DNA from: an uncultured delta proteobacterium
GTDB lineage: Bacteria; Desulfobacterota; Desulfarculia; JACQYL01; CAWGVV01
NCBI GenBank assembly: GCA_963821845.1
Contig: CAWGFI010000021.1
Coordinates: 38,404-102,403 of the forward strand
Direction: 5' to 3'
DNA length: 64,000 nt
This document shows positions 1-9,710 of this stretch, piece by piece (the first letter of the stretch is position 1; every line of letters starts with the position of its first letter). A program made the translations under genes and the position numbers. The notes beneath the pieces are model-generated. The model saw nothing but the letters and a program-made list of their open reading frames with translations. It had not been told where the DNA came from and ran no database searches.

Positions 1-283
1 CGAGATCGTCATGGTCCATTTTCCGCACATCAAGGACCGCCTGCTCAAGGAAGTCCTCAAGTCCTTCTACTGGCTGCGTTCCTTTGACGAGTTCAGGAAA
101 AAACCATCCACCAGCGAACTGCTGGACTGGGTTCAGGCCCTGATGGCCGGCGGAATCGATCCGTCCGAGGTCACCAAGGAGATTCCCTTCCTGGGCGCCC
201 TCCTGAAAAAAGAAGTGGATGTGAACTATTTCAACAATAACCGGGCGCGACGGGCCGGACAGCCGACCAGACGTTTTGTCTGA
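1..283 (+). CDS. MoxR-like AAA+ ATPase, C-terminal fragment (gene begins upstream of window)
   Basis: Open frame from position 2 with no upstream stop. C-terminal sequence resembles MoxR/CoxD-family ATPases and is followed directly by a VWA partner gene, the classic MoxR-VWA pairing. Confidence 0.55.
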   Translation, partial: EIVMVHFPHIKDRLLKEVLKSFYWLRSFDEFRKKPSTSELLDWVQALMAGGIDPSEVTKEIPFLGALLKKEVDVNYFNNNRARRAGQPTRRFV

Positions 284-330
284 CGCGATCCAAAGCCGCG
301 CGGCGTCTCGGGCGCGCAAGCGATCCACCC

Positions 331-1503
331 ATGTTTATTGATTTTTTCTTTCTGCTTAGAAGATTCAAGGTGCCGGTATCCATCACCGAATGGATGACGC
401 TCATGAAGGCGCTGAACGCCGGGTACGCCTTTTCCAGCGTGTCCGCCTTCTATTATATGTCCCGGTCCATCCTGGTGAAGAGCGAAACCTACTACGACCA
501 GTTCGATCAGGTTTTCTATCACTATTTCGGAGGGTTGGAAACGCCCGACGAAGTTCGCGACCAGGTGCTGGACTGGCTCAACGACCCCATCAACGAACTG
601 CGGCTGAGCGAACAGGAAATGGAGCATCTGGAACGGCTCAGCCTGGAAGAGCTGCGCAAGAAGCTTGAAGAGCGGCTCAAGGAACAAACCGAAAAGCATG
701 ACGGCGGCGGCAAGTGGATCGGCACCGGTGGCACGTCCCCCTTCGGCCACGGCGGCTCCCATCCCTCGGGAATTCGCATCGGCGGCAGCAGGGGCGGCGG
801 CATGGCCGTGCAGGTGGCGGCCGAACGGCGGTTCCGCAATTATCGCTCCGACCTGACGCTCGACGTGCGCCAGATTAAGGTGGCCCTGAAAAAGCTGCGC
901 CGGTTTTCCCGCGAAGGCCCCCAGGACGAATTGGACATCGACGCCACCGTGGACAAGACCTGCAAGGAAGGCGGCGAGATCGAACTTGTCTGGACACGGG
1001 AGCGAAAAAACATGGTCAAAGTGCTTTTGGTCATGGATACCGGCGGGTCCATGGACCCCTACGCCCGTTTGTGCAGCCGGCTCTTCACCGCGGCCCACTC
1101 CAGTTCCCACTTCAGGGATTTTCAGCACTTCTATTTTCACAACTGCGTGTACCAGGACATCTACAAGGACATGCGGACCATGGAAGACATCAAAACCGCC
1201 TCGATCCTGAAGAACTTCGATTCCGACTACAAGCTGGTCCTGGTGGGGGACGCTTTCATGAGCCCCAGCGAACTGGTTCACCGCGGCGGGGCGATCGACT
1301 ACTATTACTACAACGAAGTGCCGGGCATTGAATGGCTCAAACGGCTGGCCGACCATTTTCATCACGCCGTGTGGCTCAACCCCATGCCCACCAGCTCCTG
1401 GAATCATTCCACCATAAGCGCCATCGGCCGGATCTTCCCCATGTTTCAGCTCACCCTCGACGGCCTGGAAAGCGCCATACAAAACCTGGTGTCCAAAAGA
1501 TAA
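331..1503 (+). CDS. VWA domain protein (CoxE-like MoxR partner)
   Basis: 390-aa ORF with the MIDAS-like motif LLVMDTGGSMD (DxSxS), immediately downstream of the MoxR fragment. Confidence 0.75.
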   Translation: MFIDFFFLLRRFKVPVSITEWMTLMKALNAGYAFSSVSAFYYMSRSILVKSETYYDQFDQVFYHYFGGLETPDEVRDQVLDWLNDPINELRLSEQEMEHLERLSLEELRKKLEERLKEQTEKHDGGGKWIGTGGTSPFGHGGSHPSGIRIGGSRGGGMAVQVAAERRFRNYRSDLTLDVRQIKVALKKLRRFSREGPQDELDIDATVDKTCKEGGEIELVWTRERKNMVKVLLVMDTGGSMDPYARLCSRLFTAAHSSSHFRDFQHFYFHNCVYQDIYKDMRTMEDIKTASILKNFDSDYKLVLVGDAFMSPSELVHRGGAIDYYYYNEVPGIEWLKRLADHFHHAVWLNPMPTSSWNHSTISAIGRIFPMFQLTLDGLESAIQNLVSKR

Positions 1504-1523
1504 GACGATTGATTAGTTGATAT

Positions 1524-1555
1524 GGGAGGACCCCTTTGAGAAAAAGGGTCCTCCC
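1524..1555. terminator. Perfect 10-bp GC hairpin (GGGAGGACCC..GGGTCCTCCC) 20 nt after the VWA stop; no U-tract
   Basis: Inverted repeat read directly from the sequence. No T-run follows it, so it is a hairpin or possible terminator rather than a classic rho-independent terminator. Confidence 0.35.
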
Positions 1556-1870
1556 AAACCCTCTCCTAAAAACCGAAAGCTGTAAGGCGCTTCGCGAAGC
1601 GCCCTTACGGGTATGCGAAGCCGCACGGGCTGTCAGGACTCAATAGCGCATCTACCGAGTCTCCTTTTCTGTCGCCCCGCGACTTGATCGCGGGGTCCAG
1701 ACTCTTTGAACGCAAGTTAGAAAAAAACGGGATGCCCTGGGTTGACCAGCATGAGATTCCCCCGCGATGCTTTGACGCTTCCCTCGGGCTGTTGCTGGTG
1801 GACGAAGCTCATGCGCTTATGCTACTAGATCATGTTATTATTAAAATTCCGTTTGAACGAGGCTCTACTC

Positions 1871-3775
1871 ATGAAGCATGTAATTCTCGGTACCGCGGGG
1901 CATATCGATCACGGAAAAACGTCTCTCATCAGAGCGCTCACCGGTATCGACACGGATCGTCTCAAGGAAGAGAAGGAGCGGGGAATCACCATTGAACTGG
2001 GGTTCGCGAGTCTGACGCTCCCTTCCGGTCAGATCGTGGGCATCATCGACGTGCCCGGGCACGAGCGTTTTGTGAAGAACATGGTGGCGGGCGCGGCGAC
2101 CATCGATCTGGTGGCCCTGGTTATCGCGGCGGACGAAGGGGTGATGCCTCAGACGCGCGAGCACCTGGAAATTTGCCAGCTTTTGCGAGTCAAAAAAGGG
2201 TTGGTGGCGTTGACCAAAACGGACATGGTGGAAGAGGATTGGCTCGACCTGGTGACGGAGGACGTCAGCGAATTTCTTCAGGGCACGTTCCTGGAAGACG
2301 CGCCCATTATACCGGTATCCTCGGCGACCGGAGAGGGGCTCGACGATTTTATCAACGCGCTCGAACCCCTGTGCCGTGAAGTGGAGGAAAAAAGCAGCGC
2401 CGGTATCTTCAGGCTTCCGGTGGACCGCGTGTTCGTGATGAAAGGTTTTGGCGCGGTGGTGACCGGGACCTCCATTTCGGGCTCCATCAATGTGGGGGAC
2501 ACCGTGAGCGTATTTCCGCAGGGGTTCTCCGCGCGGATACGTGGGCTCCAGGTGCACGGAAACAGCGTGGAAAAGGCGGAAGCGGGGCTGCGCACCGCAG
2601 TCAACCTGCAAGGCGTGGAAAAAGAGCAGATCCAGCGAGGAAACGTCATCGCCACGGAAAACAGCCTTAAGCCTTCCTACATGGTGGACGCGCAATTCAA
2701 TTTGCTGAGCAGCGCCAAGCCGCTCAAAACACGATCCAGAATCCGATTTCACAGCGGCACCCAGGAGATACTGGGCTATATCAACCTTTTGGACAAGGAG
2801 GAGCTGCGGCCCGGAGAAGAAGCGTTTGTCCAGATTCGTCTGGAAGAGCAGGTGGCGCTCCTGCCGCGCGATCACTACGTGGCCCGGAGCTATTCCCCGG
2901 TAAGGACCATCGGAGGCGGGGAAATCCTGGCGGCCGCGCCGCCCAAGCATCGGAGCAATCGCCCGGACGTGCTGCGGCGTTTGGAAATCCTGGAATCAGG
3001 CTCGGATGAAGAGCGGGTGTCGGCCATGATCGAAGCGGTCGGAGACAAGGGCATCAGCCGGCAGGACTTGTCCAAAGTAGTGGACCTGACGTCCAAACGG
3101 TTGGACACCATGCTCCAGGCGCTGCAATCCCGCCGGGAAGTCATCTGTTTTGATAAGGAAAGCGCGCTTTTCGCGCATCGTTCCGTTTTTGATGAGCTGA
3201 CGGAAAACGCCCAAAAGACGCTCCAGGAGTATCATGAAAAGTATCCCCTGCGGCAGGGCATGAAAAAGGACGAACTGCGGGCGAAAATCGCGTATGACCT
3301 GGACACCAAACTTTTCAATACCCTGCTCAAGGACGCGCAATCAGCCGATTTGGTCAAGGTGGAAGGCGACCTGACGCGGCTTTCCGGCCACAATATTTTG
3401 TTGCAGGAAGAAGAAGAACAGACGCGGAAAAATCTGGAAAGCGTCTACCAGAAAGCCGGTCTTGAACCACCGTATTTCAAGGATCTGGCGCCGGACACGC
3501 CCGCTCAACAAAAGAAGGAAGTGCTGGCGCTGCTGGTACGGGAAGGAATCCTGGTCAAGGTCAAGGAGGACCTTTACTTTCACGCTCGCGCCATCGAGGA
3601 TCTGAAAACGAAGCTGGTGGCTTTTCTCAAGGAGCATGGCGAAATAAACACCCCCGATTTCAAGCAGCTTACCGGGGTGTCCCGCAAATATATGATTCCC
3701 CTGTTCGAATATTTCGATTCCCAGCAGATCACCATGCGAGTGGGCGAAAAACGAGTGCTGCGCACCCGCGTCTGA
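1871..3775 (+). CDS. selB: Selenocysteine-specific elongation factor SelB
   Basis: GTPase motifs [15 protein letters not shown] and TKTD, plus a long C-terminal winged-helix extension, 635 aa. ATG at 1871 inside the ORF 1832..3775. Confidence 0.9.
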   Translation: MKHVILGTAGHIDHGKTSLIRALTGIDTDRLKEEKERGITIELGFASLTLPSGQIVGIIDVPGHERFVKNMVAGAATIDLVALVIAADEGVMPQTREHLEICQLLRVKKGLVALTKTDMVEEDWLDLVTEDVSEFLQGTFLEDAPIIPVSSATGEGLDDFINALEPLCREVEEKSSAGIFRLPVDRVFVMKGFGAVVTGTSISGSINVGDTVSVFPQGFSARIRGLQVHGNSVEKAEAGLRTAVNLQGVEKEQIQRGNVIATENSLKPSYMVDAQFNLLSSAKPLKTRSRIRFHSGTQEILGYINLLDKEELRPGEEAFVQIRLEEQVALLPRDHYVARSYSPVRTIGGGEILAAAPPKHRSNRPDVLRRLEILESGSDEERVSAMIEAVGDKGISRQDLSKVVDLTSKRLDTMLQALQSRREVICFDKESALFAHRSVFDELTENAQKTLQEYHEKYPLRQGMKKDELRAKIAYDLDTKLFNTLLKDAQSADLVKVEGDLTRLSGHNILLQEEEEQTRKNLESVYQKAGLEPPYFKDLAPDTPAQQKKEVLALLVREGILVKVKEDLYFHARAIEDLKTKLVAFLKEHGEINTPDFKQLTGVSRKYMIPLFEYFDSQQITMRVGEKRVLRTRV

Positions 3776-3955
3776 TCGGGCGGCCGTCAAGGGGTGAAAA
3801 AGCGGTCGCGCACCGCCACCACGTTTTCCCTCCGGCCGATAACCCGCCCGGCGCGATCCTTTGCGTCTTTTTCTTATATACCGTTAATACGGGAAACAAT
3901 CGGGTTTGGTCGATTTTTGTGGATCGGGGACGATCCGAATGAAAATCGCGGAGAG

Positions 3956-4765
3956 TTACAGCGAAGCGCGCAGTTCTTTGTCGGGTTTGCGTTGCAGGAA
4001 TTCACGGACAATACGCAGCGTTTGCAGCAGAGGCTCTTCCCGATGCAGCTCCAGAACCCACCAATCGCACAGGGGGAGCGTCAGGAGCAGTCCGAGACGG
4101 TTTTCAATATCGGACAACGAACCCGGAGCGAGATGGCCCTCGCCGTTTTCAATGTTATAGACGTGGGCGTTCAGAAAACGGTCCTGCTGCGGTCCCAGGA
4201 AATCCTCCAGGTCATAGTGGTGGGAGGTCACGTACGGGCTCACCTTGGCGTGTCCAATGTCCAAAGTGGCGTACGCGCCGGATTTGCGGATCAGTTTTTC
4301 AAACAGGTGCGGACGGCTGGTCCAGCCCCAGGCCAGGTTTTCCAGGCAGATTCTCACCCCCAGATTGGCGCCGAACCGCACAAGCTGTGACAGCCTGGTC
4401 ACGGTGTCTTCCCAGGATAAATCATGGGTGCGGCTGCGCCCCAGCCCCACGTGAATGGTAAAATGGCGTCCTCCCAGCTTGGCGACCATGCGGCACAACA
4501 GTTGGTAGGTATGGAGCGCCTTTACCGATTGCTCGTGGTCCATATCGCCCAGATCCATGTTGTGAATAGCGCAGTGGTAACGCACGTCCAGGGGATCGAG
4601 ATCGGCGATGATCCCCATGAGGCGGGATTCCTCGGCCGGACTGGCCGGAGTATTGGCGGGAGTGAAGCTCCAGTCGATCCCGTCAAGCCCCTGGGAAAGC
4701 GCGAACCGCTTGAGGGCCACGGGGTCCTGAATAAAATTGCAGCACGCCAGCTTGGGTTTGTCCAT
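3956..4765 (-). CDS. Sugar phosphate isomerase/epimerase (xylose isomerase-like TIM barrel)
   Basis: 285-aa ORF; residues such as HVGLG, CLENL and DIGHAKV are typical of the AP endonuclease 2 / xylose-isomerase-like fold. Start chosen at MDKPKLA. Confidence 0.65.
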   Translation of the reverse strand: MDKPKLACCNFIQDPVALKRFALSQGLDGIDWSFTPANTPASPAEESRLMGIIADLDPLDVRYHCAIHNMDLGDMDHEQSVKALHTYQLLCRMVAKLGGRHFTIHVGLGRSRTHDLSWEDTVTRLSQLVRFGANLGVRICLENLAWGWTSRPHLFEKLIRKSGAYATLDIGHAKVSPYVTSHHYDLEDFLGPQQDRFLNAHVYNIENGEGHLAPGSLSDIENRLGLLLTLPLCDWWVLELHREEPLLQTLRIVREFLQRKPDKELRASL

Positions 4766-4993
4766 TGTTCCTTCTTGCCCGGCGCGTTTATTCCTTAAGC
4801 TTGAGACTTTCACGCGTGGAGCCGTAAACGAGGAATCGGCGCCGCTCTCATAGGGCCATGATGTTTCAAGACTAGCCCAGCGACCGCCAAACTGACAATA
4901 GAATTTTCCGATCTTGCGGGGAAGGTATTATAGGTGGGACTGATGGTTCGGCGCGAGAAGGCTGCTAAAAGAGCCGAAAAGGGGCGATTATGC

Positions 4994-5344
4994 CTAAAAT
5001 ACGCCAAAAAAGCGAGACTTCTTTTTTCCTTTGGTCTTTTCCGTGATGTTCGGCCGGATCAGGTCGCATTGCACGCGCACCAAGGCAAAGGGCGCGAAAC
5101 TGCTCAGAAGAAGAATCAATACGCCCTGCTCCATCTTTTTCAGATAGATTCTTCCATTTTCAAAGACAAACTCCATTTCATCGGTAAGGAGCGATTGATC
5201 GGGGAAGTCGGCCATCAATGAATCACTCATTTTTTCGGCGTCGGGGCGGAAAAATTTTTTATAGCGCAGTTCCCCGTTTGCGGAGAGAAACAGTATGCCG
5301 TTCACGCCCTCAATCGCGCTGAGTTCTTCAAAGATATCATTCAT
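4994..5344 (-). CDS. Roadblock/LC7 (MglB-like) domain protein
   Basis: 116 aa; the size and N-terminal motif (IEGVNGILFLSANGEL) fit the Roadblock/LC7 fold. Confidence 0.7.
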   Translation of the reverse strand: MNDIFEELSAIEGVNGILFLSANGELRYKKFFRPDAEKMSDSLMADFPDQSLLTDEMEFVFENGRIYLKKMEQGVLILLLSSFAPFALVRVQCDLIRPNITEKTKGKKKSRFFGVF

Positions 5345-5446
5345 GGAATATCAACTTGTTGGCTGCTTCTATCATCACGGTTCGGGCGGAGCGCCGGTTT
5401 CGGCTCACGGCCCCTCGGAAAATCGACTCGGTTTTTCAAGGGTTCC

Positions 5447-6427
5447 TCACATTTCCCGATCCTCCTCGGCCGCGGACAGGGCTCGGGCATAGTTCTCGAC
5501 CTCCCGGGACACTCCGTGATCGGCCCCGATCTCCAGCAGACATTCCCGCATGGCCGCGATAAGCGTATCCGGTTCAAGCGAGGAAACGGCCGTGAACTCC
5601 TTGCCGTCATATGACACTTCTTCCTCGAACGGGTCGAGAAAGCTGTATTTTTCGGCTTTTTGCAGGAATTTCCGGCGCAGGATCAGCTCGAATTTCTCCT
5701 TGCCCCCGCCGGTCCCGCCTATGATTTTAGCGATCTCCGACAAGGCGCGGGTTACCCTGCCGGAAGCCGCCTGAAGGCTGATTCCGTCCGGAGCGGCCTC
5801 GACTTTTTCAAACTCCAGCGTTTCGCCGTTGTCTCCGCCGTTTTTGGGGATGACCTTGATATTGACGATGCCCTTGGACGATTCCAGTTGCTTGACCAGA
5901 CGGGGCATGATCTTGTCGACCTTCCCGTATTCGGATTCGGTCAGAAAATCCGAGCCACCCACGATCACGCCCGAATTGAGAAACAGATATTTGGTGTCGG
6001 CGCTGGAGTCGAAAGCTATTTCCAGAAAGCCGGTAATCTTGTCGGCCAACAGCTTTTGCAGCAGCTTGTTCACATCGACAAATTCGGTGCTGATATTCGA
6101 ATGCAGCGTTTCCGCATTGGGAATATTGCAGCAGAATTTCATCAATTCCTCGGACAGCTCATAAATATCGATGGAGAAGTTGGACTTGGACGATTTTTCC
6201 GCCAGCGCCTTGAGCGCCTCCTTGTCGGTGTATTGCAAGCCGTTTCCCTCGAAAATCACCCGCTGAATCGTATCGTTGTTCAGATAGACGGCCGCCTCGG
6301 ATTCGTGGGTCTTCAAATGGACGCATCCCGAAAGCATACTGGCCCGGTAGAACTCCAGCAGTTTGTCCAGGTTCACGTAGTAGCTGTTCAATCCTTTCAG
6401 AACGGGCTTATTTTTGGGCACGTACAT
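5447..6427 (-). CDS. Protein with two DUF4388-like repeats
   Basis: Two segments match the DUF4388 pattern (L.G.L..ll.lL.....tG.L.l......g.iyf..G.iv.A). First: LKGLNSYYVNLDKLLEFYRASMLSGCVHLKTHESEAAVYLNNDTIQRVIFEG. Second: VNKLLQKLLADKITGFLEIAFDSSADTKYLFLNSGVIVGG. No P-loop. Confidence 0.5.
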   Translation of the reverse strand: MYVPKNKPVLKGLNSYYVNLDKLLEFYRASMLSGCVHLKTHESEAAVYLNNDTIQRVIFEGNGLQYTDKEALKALAEKSSKSNFSIDIYELSEELMKFCCNIPNAETLHSNISTEFVDVNKLLQKLLADKITGFLEIAFDSSADTKYLFLNSGVIVGGSDFLTESEYGKVDKIMPRLVKQLESSKGIVNIKVIPKNGGDNGETLEFEKVEAAPDGISLQAASGRVTRALSEIAKIIGGTGGGKEKFELILRRKFLQKAEKYSFLDPFEEEVSYDGKEFTAVSSLEPDTLIAAMRECLLEIGADHGVSREVENYARALSAAEEDREM

Positions 6428-6433
6428 CCGGCG

Positions 6434-7480
6434 TCATCCTCCAAAGCTTAAAACCAGATCGATCATGGCGTCCTTTGCGCTGTTTTTTTCCACCGACACG
6501 GCTACGGTATCCTGTCCAGGCACGATCACCAGGTCGCGCCGTAGCTGCGAACCCGAAAAATGGCAGGTCAGGAGCTTGCCGAAGTCACACAGTTTGGACG
6601 CCTTTCGGGCGAAGTCGATAATTCCGTCCCACGAGGGGTCGATGCCGACGTCGACCACGCCTCTTTTGTCTTCCAGAAAACCACAGAGCCGCTCATACAC
6701 ATCCACATCCAGTTCCAACTCATCGTCGAAATCCTCGAGGAGAAACTCCGCGGACGCGTACTCCACTTCCGTATCCGCCGCATCGCTCCTGGCTTTTCGT
6801 TCGTCCCGCAGTTTTTCCGCCTGCAACAGGAGGGATTCCAGGGAATCGTAAATGCGTTTCACTTCCACCGGGCAATAATTATGGATCTGTATGTCCACCT
6901 CTTCCCATTGCAGCATTTCCAGTGCGGCGTCCGGGCCGGTTTTGGCGCCGAACTTGGCTTCCAGCAGCGCGCCTTCGGAAAAATACATGGCGCCGCTGCG
7001 CTTCGTTTTGGTGGATTGCGCCTTGAGCGTGCAACTGCGCTGTTCCATCTGGATCACTTGCAGGATGGCGAAGGGGGAGATGGAAAAGAGCTTTCCTCCC
7101 TCGGACCCCGGATTGACAAAGGCGGTCACCCGTTCGGCCAAGTGAGCGATATCCGCCGACTTGGGGAAAAAGGCCAGCGCTCCCATGGCGAAGGCTTTTT
7201 CTCTGATAAAATTGTGGCTTTCCGCGGCGATCACGATGCACGGAGTCGCGGAATGGTCCACCATCAGCGAGGCAAGGAACTGCTCCTCCTCGGGGTGATC
7301 GGGATCGATCTCGGCGATCAGCGCCGACACTCCGCCGGCTTCCAGCGTCTTGCGGGTTTCTAAAATATCGCCGGACACGATGACGGGAAGGTCGACGCCT
7401 CTCTCGGTCAGACGTTTTCCGATAAGGCCCGAAAAACGCGGGTCAAGAGCGTAGACAAGTATGGTTCCGGGCGTTCTCAT
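6434..7480 (-). CDS. Response-regulator receiver domain + DUF4388 domain protein with acidic C-terminal region
   Basis: N-terminus is REC-like (ILVYALD, ALIAEID phospho-acceptor region, IVIAAESH, FFPKS). Followed by a DUF4388 motif (GKLFSISPFAILQVIQMEQRSCTLKAQ...GAMYFSEGALLEAKFGAKTGPDAALEMLQW) and a D/E-rich tail. Confidence 0.65.
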   Translation of the reverse strand: MRTPGTILVYALDPRFSGLIGKRLTERGVDLPVIVSGDILETRKTLEAGGVSALIAEIDPDHPEEEQFLASLMVDHSATPCIVIAAESHNFIREKAFAMGALAFFPKSADIAHLAERVTAFVNPGSEGGKLFSISPFAILQVIQMEQRSCTLKAQSTKTKRSGAMYFSEGALLEAKFGAKTGPDAALEMLQWEEVDIQIHNYCPVEVKRIYDSLESLLLQAEKLRDERKARSDAADTEVEYASAEFLLEDFDDELELDVDVYERLCGFLEDKRGVVDVGIDPSWDGIIDFARKASKLCDFGKLLTCHFSGSQLRRDLVIVPGQDTVAVSVEKNSAKDAMIDLVLSFGG

Positions 7481-7527
7481 AGGCGGCGTCCATGTTTGCG
7501 GTGGCGCGATAACGGCACTCCGATTTG

Positions 7528-8754
7528 TTAGTTCATTTTTTTCCGCCGCCTGCGCAGCCGTTCGATGGACAGCCGCAGGCTGTCCTGCATCCTGGAAATG
7601 GCCTCCGCCAGTTGACCGATTTCATCCTTGGCCGCGGTTTTGATTTCTATTTCCAACTCGCCCAGGCTGATACGATCAACCACCTCGGAAAGCCGAGTGA
7701 TGCGGTTGGTCAGGTTTCGTCCGTAGGCGAACACCAGCGCGGCCACCAGCAGTAGTAAGACCACCATGCCTGCGGTCTGGAGCCACAACGCGCGGTCCTT
7801 GCTTTTTTCGATCTGGCCGAGGAGCTGCTGGTTGGGCTGCGTAAATTCATCGATATAGGTGGTGCTGGCGACAAAATAAGGGGTACCGGGTATGGGAACC
7901 TGCACCATGAATTTTTCCCGCAAAGACCCGTTTTTCTCGGGCCAGAGGTAGTATCCTTGCGATTCGCCGCCGTCAAAGCCGCCTTCCACTATTTTTTTAA
8001 ATCTCCAGTGTTCCTTGCCGAGCGGTTTCGCGGTCGCCACCAGGACATCAACTCCTATGAGCTTGTCGTTCGGATGCGTCCAGAGCGCCATGATCTTATT
8101 GTCCAGGGCGGTAAGAACCGTATAGCCGGTTTTTCCGACTTTCTGCTGGGCGATGGCCTTGACTTCGGGAGTGGTCTGAAAAAGCTCCTTGGAGTTAACC
8201 ATCTCCGGATGCGCCTTGAAATAGATACTCATCTGCTTGGCCACCGAGCGGGCGTCCTCGGCGATGGCGTCCTCGGCGAATTTGGAGACGATGGCCGTAC
8301 TTTCGCTGCTTATGGAATTCACCAGGCTGGACAACTGCCATATGGAAACAAGAATGGCGGCCACGGAAATGATGAGAAACGGGACAAACAGATACACGAA
8401 CAACTGCCCCTTGAGTCCCAATCCCTTGCGCTCGGTGGACAAGCGTTTTGCCGAGGTATGCTTTTCGACCGGGGGAGGGGTGGGCTCGGCGAACGAGGGC
8501 TCGGGAGTTCCCGGTTCGAACATCACGTCGTTTTCAGCATCATTGGACGGGAAAAAGGACGATTCTTCCGGCTCGGAAGCGCTGTCCAAAGGATTGTACG
8601 CGACTTCGTCCTCATGCGACCCATTGAAATTCGGATTCTTGACGATAATATAATGATCACAATTCTTGCACTTGAGCCTGGCCTCCTCGCTCTTGATCTT
8701 CGTCTCGTCAATCTTGTATTTCTTGGTGCAACTCTCGCAAGTAACTACCATCAT
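7528..8754 (-). CDS. Zinc-ribbon (MJ0042-type) / TM / Cache-like periplasmic sensor / TM / HAMP protein without output domain
   Basis: N-terminal CESC...CKNC zinc ribbon, two hydrophobic segments flanking a ~200-aa extracytoplasmic domain, and a C-terminal HAMP-like helix (NLTNRITRLSEVVDRISLGELEIEI...DEIGQLAEAISRMQDSL). The protein ends right after the HAMP. Confidence 0.6.
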   Translation of the reverse strand: MMVVTCESCTKKYKIDETKIKSEEARLKCKNCDHYIIVKNPNFNGSHEDEVAYNPLDSASEPEESSFFPSNDAENDVMFEPGTPEPSFAEPTPPPVEKHTSAKRLSTERKGLGLKGQLFVYLFVPFLIISVAAILVSIWQLSSLVNSISSESTAIVSKFAEDAIAEDARSVAKQMSIYFKAHPEMVNSKELFQTTPEVKAIAQQKVGKTGYTVLTALDNKIMALWTHPNDKLIGVDVLVATAKPLGKEHWRFKKIVEGGFDGGESQGYYLWPEKNGSLREKFMVQVPIPGTPYFVASTTYIDEFTQPNQQLLGQIEKSKDRALWLQTAGMVVLLLLVAALVFAYGRNLTNRITRLSEVVDRISLGELEIEIKTAAKDEIGQLAEAISRMQDSLRLSIERLRRRRKKMN

Positions 8755-8766
8755 CGCCTACGCTCC

Positions 8767-9228
8767 TTATTTGGGAATCCTGGCTAGCATCGCCTTTTGA
8801 AATTGTATCCTTTTCTCTTCGCGAGGGATCTGCCTCGCGAGATTATGTATGAGTTCAGCCCCCAGATAGGTCGGCACTTCGTGTTCCGAAAGGCCCATAT
8901 CGTCCAAAACGTCTTCGATCAGCAGGTCGGCCACCGGCCCGATGGAAATTTTCAGATTTGTTTCAAGCTCTTCCATGAACCCGCCGTTGAGGCAGGAGAC
9001 CGACTTCTCGATCTTTTCCACCAGCCCCACGTTCATGAGTCTGGTGAGCGCCGACTCCAGATTGGCGAGTTTCATGCCCGTTTCCTTGATGATCCGCGAC
9101 AGATTTTTATCTTCGTGAATAACCATCAGGAGACGCATCATGTCCGCGTCCATGGCAACCTGACCCATTTCATCTCTGATCACCTTCCTGAAATACAACC
9201 TTGGAAAATCGCGGGGAGTAATCGCCAT
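8767..9228 (-). CDS. Hypothetical small protein with winged-helix-like segment
   Basis: Start taken at MAITPRDF. HTH-like stretch LSRIIKETGMKLANLESALTRLMNVGLVEKI. Separated from the upstream gene by 13 bp. Confidence 0.4.
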   Translation of the reverse strand: MAITPRDFPRLYFRKVIRDEMGQVAMDADMMRLLMVIHEDKNLSRIIKETGMKLANLESALTRLMNVGLVEKIEKSVSCLNGGFMEELETNLKISIGPVADLLIEDVLDDMGLSEHEVPTYLGAELIHNLARQIPREEKRIQFQKAMLARIPK

Positions 9229-9710
9229 TGAGCATCCTCTTCCTTTGTTATTCCTTCTTGGGGGTTGCAAGCGGCATGTCGTGAACATGCCCGATCCTGA
9301 TTTGACGCGTTGAACGGATTTATCGGACCTCCGCATATATGTACCTCGGCGCCCCGCCCAAAAAACTTGAGTTTTTGTTGGGGCATTTTTGAACTTTTAG
9401 AAAATTTGAACGAACCGATAGAATGATGTATTGAGAACCATCGTTAATCGGAACAGCTCCGCCAGCCGGTGTCAGTTAAAAGACCCGCGCTATTTCCTCG
9501 CGGAAAGGCTTTTAAAACCGGGGAGCTTATGGCAGACTGCCTGGGCATTAACAATTCAGCCTGGGCGTTTATAAGGATAACAACATTCTCAAAACGCGCC
9601 GTTTCCGCTTCACGGTAATCCGCCGAATATCGGGGATTGGGTAATCCGCAAGGGCGCGCTTGAAAAAACTTATATGAAAAACAGGCGATGAGCTTGAAGG
9701 AGCGCTGGAA

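Noticed and set aside
226-1482. 418-aa ORF antisense to the VWA gene
   Set aside because: R/G/H/P-rich antisense ORF of a high-GC gene. The sense-strand product has a clear VWA/MIDAS motif.
1865-2950. 361-aa ORF antisense to selB
   Set aside because: Antisense artefact; selB on the plus strand has unambiguous GTPase motifs.
9337-9710. AT-rich 370-bp spacer before cysC as a possible mobile-element remnant or tRNA
   Set aside because: No integrase or transposase, no direct repeats, and no tRNA-like cloverleaf found. It is most simply a promoter region for the polysaccharide locus.
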